Below are positions 17,652-21,527 of a stretch of 21,527 bases of DNA, piece after piece (the stretch's first letter is position 1; each line of letters begins with the position of its first letter). The translations under genes were made by a program, and so were the position numbers. The notes beneath the pieces are model-generated. The model saw nothing but the letters and a program-made list of their open reading frames with translations, was not told the DNA's origin and searched no databases. This stretch comes from Candidatus Methylomirabilota bacterium (GTDB taxonomy: Bacteria; Methylomirabilota; Methylomirabilia; Rokubacteriales; CSP1-6), in the NCBI GenBank assembly GCA_046726415.1, contig JBKPAK010000231.1, forward strand, positions 1 to 21,527, read 5' to 3'.

Positions 17652-18479
17652 TCAGCCCTTCACGGCGCCGGCGGCGAGCCCCTGGACGACAAAGCGCTGG
17701 CCGATGAAATAGAGGATGGCCACGGGGACGGAGGCGAGGACAGCCCCGGCCATGAGCTGGCCCCAGATGTACTGGTCGCCCACCACCATCATGGAGAGCC
17801 TGATCGGGACCGTCATCGTTTTCTGGTCCACGGTGAAGACCAGGGCCAGCAGGAACTCGTTCCAGGCGAGGGTGAACGAAAAGATCGCCGAGGCGACCAG
17901 ACCGGGAGCGGACAGCGGCAGGAGGATCCGGATCAAGGCGCCCACCTTGGTGCACCCGTCCACCATCGCGTGCTCCTCGAGCTCCGGGGGAATGCTGCGG
18001 AAGTACCCCATCAGCATCCAGGTGCAGAAGGGCACCGTGAAGGACAGATAGGTCAGCATGAGCGATTGCAACGTGTTGCCGAGGCCGAGGGCGGTCACGA
18101 TGGCGTAGAGAGGGACGAAGAGCATCGCGGTCGGCAGCAGATACTTGAAGAGGATGAACCGCCCGATCAGCTCTCGCCCCGGGTACCGGTAGCGGACGAT
18201 GCTGAAGGCGGCCAGCGCGCTCACGGCGATGGTGATCGCGGTCGTGGTGAGGGCAACGACCAGGCTATTCCTGATGTTGGTCAAGAGATCTTCGCGCTCG
18301 ATGACCCGGACAAAGTTTTGCAGGGTTGGCCGACGCGGAAGATAGGTGAAGTCCTCGTAGAGCTCCTTGTTCGTCTTGATCGCGGTCGTCACCATCCAGA
18401 AGAGGGGGACGGCCACCATGACGACAAAGAGCGCGAGGCACAGGTAGGTGACGCCTTTGACGGCGAGAGGTTCGCGCAC
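17652..18479 (-). CDS. Carbohydrate-family (CUT1) ABC permease, MalG-like
   Basis: PLFWMVTTAIKT, EAA-like loop IPPELEEHAMVDGCT, FTLAWNEFLLA, QRFVVQGLAAGAVKG. Confidence 0.93.
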   Translation of the reverse strand: MREPLAVKGVTYLCLALFVVMVAVPLFWMVTTAIKTNKELYEDFTYLPRRPTLQNFVRVIEREDLLTNIRNSLVVALTTTAITIAVSALAAFSIVRYRYPGRELIGRFILFKYLLPTAMLFVPLYAIVTALGLGNTLQSLMLTYLSFTVPFCTWMLMGYFRSIPPELEEHAMVDGCTKVGALIRILLPLSAPGLVASAIFSFTLAWNEFLLALVFTVDQKTMTVPIRLSMMVVGDQYIWGQLMAGAVLASVPVAILYFIGQRFVVQGLAAGAVKG

Positions 18480-18494
18480 GGGATCTCCCCCTCT

Positions 18495-19445
18495 CTAGTG
18501 GGCCTTGTTGCGCTGCAGCAGTGCGGTGACCACCAGGATCAGCCCGAGGAGCAGCGGCAGGAAGAGCGTCGACACGGCCGCCGCCTCCCCCAAGCGCAGG
18601 TTCACCATCCCCATCAGGTACGCGAGCAAGGTGTACACCACGGTGGCGTCCGAGGGGCCGCCGCCGGTCATGAGGTAGACGGGCTCGAACGCGTTGGCCG
18701 TCCAGATCGTCGACAGCATCAGCACGACGCCGATGATGTGGTAGAGGCTCGGCAGGGTGATGAAACGGAACTGCTGCCAGCGCGAGGCGCCGTCGACCTG
18801 GGCCGAGTCGTACAACTCCTGCGCGATGGTCTGCATTCCGGCCAGGAACGAGATCGCGAAGAAGGGAAACGCCCGCCAGACGTGGGCGATGATGACCGAG
18901 GCCATGGCGGTGCTGCGGTCGGAGAGAAAGGCGATCGGGCTCGCTACCAGCCCGAGGTCGAGCAGCGCGTAGTTGATCAGCCCGCTCAGCGGATCGTAGA
19001 GCCAGCGCCAGACCAGATAGACCACGAAGGCGGGCATGACCCAGGGGAGAAGCAGGAATGCGCGGAAGAAATTCCGGCCGCGGATCTTCTGGTTGAGCAC
19101 CACCGCCACCGCCATGCCGAGCACGAACTTGATGGCCACGGCGGACAGGGTGAAGACGGCCGTGTTGACGAGGGCCGCGCTGAACTGCGGCCAGGCGAGG
19201 ACGTAGCGGAAGTTCGCCAGGCCGACGAAGTTCCCGGCCGACCCGACCGCCTTGTCCGTGAAGCCGAGCCAGATGGCGTAGCCGAAGGGATAGAGGACGA
19301 GCCCCAGGAGGAGCAGCACCGTCGGGGTGAGGAGCCCCACCCCCTGGAGGGACTCCCAGTGGAACGTGCTCAGTCGCCGCGATCGGCCCACCGCCGGCCC
19401 GATGCCGGCCGTGGCCACCGCTACCGATCGTTCTCGAGTCGCCAC
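18495..19445 (-). CDS. Carbohydrate-family (CUT1) ABC permease, MalF/UgpA-like
   Basis: FVGLANF, LLPWVMP, EAA-like loop ELYDSAQVDGASRWQQFRFITLP, MTGGGP. Confidence 0.93.
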   Translation of the reverse strand: MATRERSVAVATAGIGPAVGRSRRLSTFHWESLQGVGLLTPTVLLLLGLVLYPFGYAIWLGFTDKAVGSAGNFVGLANFRYVLAWPQFSAALVNTAVFTLSAVAIKFVLGMAVAVVLNQKIRGRNFFRAFLLLPWVMPAFVVYLVWRWLYDPLSGLINYALLDLGLVASPIAFLSDRSTAMASVIIAHVWRAFPFFAISFLAGMQTIAQELYDSAQVDGASRWQQFRFITLPSLYHIIGVVLMLSTIWTANAFEPVYLMTGGGPSDATVVYTLLAYLMGMVNLRLGEAAAVSTLFLPLLLGLILVVTALLQRNKAH

Positions 19446-19460
19446 GGGACGACCGCCCCT

Positions 19461-20759
19461 CTACGCGTACTTCGCGTAGATGCGATTGAGCACGTCGAGC
19501 GTCTCGGCGAAGGCTTTGTCGCGCGGCCAGTTGTCGACCACGAGGCGCTGGAGCATCCGCGAGGTGGTGGTGTTCGTGGCCTGCTCGCGCCAGGCGTCGT
19601 TGAAGACGTCGGGCCAGCCCTCCGGCTCGCCGCGCACCGACATCTCGACGAGGCCCTTCATGAATGACTTCTTCTTCCAGACGTCGAAAGCGAGGTACGC
19701 CTTCAAGGCGGGACCCCACTGGCTGACGCTGTACTCGCGATCCATCTTGCCCGGCTCCATGGAGTCCCACAGGAACTGCTTGGCCAGCTCGGGGACCTTC
19801 GTGTACTTCAAGATCGAGCGCGAGCCGAAGTTCACCGGGTGGATCAGGGCCTTGGGTCCCCGGGGATAGGTGTAGTGCCCGGTCTTCGCCAGCAGCTCGG
19901 GATTGTTGGCCTCGAGCCACAGCGAGACCGTGATTGGATTGAGGACGAAGAGGCACTTGCCCGCCTGATAGGTCGAGTTGTTCATGGTGTTGTCCCAGGT
20001 GGTGACCCCGGGCGGCAACACGCCGGACTTCCAGACCTCGGTAAAGTAGTCGAGGAACTCCCACACTTCCCGCTTGTGGTCACCCAAGATCACTCGCTTG
20101 CCCTTGTCGTCGGCCAGCCGGGCGCCGTAGCTCTTCATGACGTCCTCCCACACGCCGGAGTCCGTCTGGTTGCTGACGGGGATGCCGAGCCCGAAGACCC
20201 GCGGAAGCTTCTGGGCCTTCTTAGCCTGCTCCAGCATCTCGACCCAGGTGGTAGGCGGCGCCTTGACGCCGGACTCGTGGAGCAGGTCCTCCCGCGCGAT
20301 CACCATGAAACCCTGGAAGCCGTAGACGATATGGTGGACCCGCCCGTCGGGCTCGAGCATGAACTTGGGCGCATTGCCGACCCACCCGCCGTAGGTCTTC
20401 TCCAGCTTCTGGTAGGTGTCGGTGACGTCGAGGAGCTGCCCGCGGCCGCGCAGTTCGACCGCCCCCGACTCGATGATGTCTGGCGTGGCCTTCGCCTCGA
20501 TGGCCGCCGTGATCTTGGGCAGGAACTCCTTCCACGGCACCATCGTGAGCTGGAGATCCACGTTGTTCTTCTTGGCCCATTCCTGGGCGAAGTTCGCGCG
20601 CGAGTCGTCACTCGCCTTCAGGAACTGGTAGCACCAGTAAACGAGCTTGGGCCGCTGAGCCAGAGCCGGCGCCGGAAAGGACAGCGCGGCGGTGGCGCCG
20701 GCGGCGAGCGAGGCCGACGCGAGGAACTCTCGACGGGTCTTCAGAACCGGGCGTACCAT
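19461..20759 (-). CDS. Family 1 (sugar-type) ABC substrate-binding protein with a Tat signal peptide (432 aa)
   Basis: ATG at 20759 after AAGGAGG. Twin-arginine motif TRREFL followed by a hydrophobic region and APALA. SBP_bac_1-like AIEAKATPDI, REDLL...GVKAPPTTWVEM. Lies upstream of the two CUT1 permeases. Confidence 0.9.
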   Translation of the reverse strand: MVRPVLKTRREFLASASLAAGATAALSFPAPALAQRPKLVYWCYQFLKASDDSRANFAQEWAKKNNVDLQLTMVPWKEFLPKITAAIEAKATPDIIESGAVELRGRGQLLDVTDTYQKLEKTYGGWVGNAPKFMLEPDGRVHHIVYGFQGFMVIAREDLLHESGVKAPPTTWVEMLEQAKKAQKLPRVFGLGIPVSNQTDSGVWEDVMKSYGARLADDKGKRVILGDHKREVWEFLDYFTEVWKSGVLPPGVTTWDNTMNNSTYQAGKCLFVLNPITVSLWLEANNPELLAKTGHYTYPRGPKALIHPVNFGSRSILKYTKVPELAKQFLWDSMEPGKMDREYSVSQWGPALKAYLAFDVWKKKSFMKGLVEMSVRGEPEGWPDVFNDAWREQATNTTTSRMLQRLVVDNWPRDKAFAETLDVLNRIYAKYA

Positions 20760-20782
20760 TCGACCGTCCTCCTTCGCTGCGA

Positions 20783-21388
20783 TCACTTGCCCTTGAGCTT
20801 CACGTCCTCGTACGGCGCCGAGTAGGCGTGCATGGGGATCAGGCCGAGCCCAGACTCGGCGACCCGCGGCCCGACGCCGTTCAGCCACCCGAGCTCCCAG
20901 ATCGGCGCGTACATGACCTTGTCGTGGATGAGCTGCTGGATCTTCACGAGGATCCCCTCGCGCTTCCTCCGGTCGGTTTCGGCGGCCTGCTCGCGGAAGA
21001 GCCCGTCGATGTCCGGGTAGCTCCCGTAGACGTAGGCGCCGTTGGCTGCCACGAAGGCCTCGATGCGCGTGGCCGCGTTGCCGAACGCGGCGGTACCGCT
21101 CTGGATCACATTGCGGAGCTTCTTCTCCCGGTACTGGGCGAAGAAGGCGGCGCGCTCGAGGGGCCGGAGCTGCATGCGGATGCCCACGACCTTCCAGTAG
21201 TTGGCGACCGCCTCGGCCACGCTGCCGTAGGAGACGTCCGAGAAGTACTCGCCGCCCTCGAAGCCATTCGGGTAGCCGGCCCTCATCTGCCCCTCCGGGC
21301 TGGCCAGGGCCGGTCCGGCCGAGAACGACGCGATCGAGGCGACAACCAGGAGCGCCACTGAGCCGAGTCGTCGAGTCCATCGGGTGAT
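20783..21388 (-). pseudogene. Family 5 ABC SBP paralog 3 with a large in-frame internal deletion
   Basis: The signal peptide plus SPEGQM is joined directly to RAGYPNGF...PYEDVKLKGK. About 313 codons present in paralog 1 between GQM and AGYPNGF are missing. Behind the RBS GGGAGA the expected start position holds ATC (21388-21386); the first in-frame canonical start is GTG at 21358. Confidence 0.87.
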
Positions 21389-21527
21389 GACAAGTCTCCC
21401 AACCTGGTTTGAGGTTCAGGTCGTCGAACGAACGCCGAGTCCTATCCCCCGCCGCCCGCAGCCGCCGCGCGCCGCGCCGGACCCTCTGCGACAGCGTGTC
21501 CAGCCGGTTCGGCGGCCGGTGATTCCA

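Noticed and set aside
111..21361. Many long plus-strand ORFs (e.g. 334..1608, 3217..5346, 6759..8558, 11216..12727, 13205..14626, 17463..19667)
   Set aside because: They are antisense shadows of well-supported minus-strand genes. High-GC codon bias suppresses stops, and the translations show no recognisable motifs.
20760..21380. N-terminal extension of the 639-aa ORF 19461..21380, suggesting a fusion of two SBPs
   Set aside because: The extension is an alternative frame of the deleted SBP paralog. The RBS and Tat signal place the start at 20759.
1..21527. CRISPR array, tRNA/rRNA, IS element, integrase or reverse-transcriptase-based diversification system
   Set aside because: I saw no regularly spaced repeats, RNA-gene signatures, transposase, recombinase or reverse transcriptase motifs. 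The repeated DNA is explained by paralogous coding sequence.

Overview
High-GC bacterial DNA, densely coding and almost entirely on the minus strand. The paralogous peptide-type substrate-binding proteins (SBPs; 'APEGQxTWAxHxSLAPTWFDPAET...PYEDxKLKGK') and the zinc-ribbon/cyclase/STAND/TPR gene resemble families I associate with Rokubacteria (Methylomirabilota). That taxonomy is an inference. From right to left on the minus strand: an internally deleted peptide SBP, a carbohydrate-family ABC SBP with two permeases, a tripartite tricarboxylate transporter (tctB-tctA-tctC), a large class III nucleotide cyclase-STAND ATPase-TPR gene broken by one in-frame TAA, a frameshifted remnant of a probable TPP-enzyme gene, a class I SAM methyltransferase and a possible 33-codon ORF. 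On the plus strand are a two-domain and a one-domain Rid (YjgF/UK114) gene, divergent from korA-korB (2-oxoacid:ferredoxin oxidoreductase). Further left on the minus strand are a collapsed remnant of a second cyclase gene that keeps a good sigma70-like promoter, a tandem double cupin, two intact peptide SBPs and OppD/OppF ATPases. The most interesting points are (i) three Rid domains in a 2+1 layout that all lack the catalytic Arg, possibly a heteromeric pseudo-trimer linked to the oxidoreductase by look-alike divergent promoters, (ii) an NLR-like cyclase with non-canonical active-site residues, and (iii) four broken genes, two of them with clean in-frame internal deletions. I saw no rRNA, tRNA, CRISPR array or transposase.
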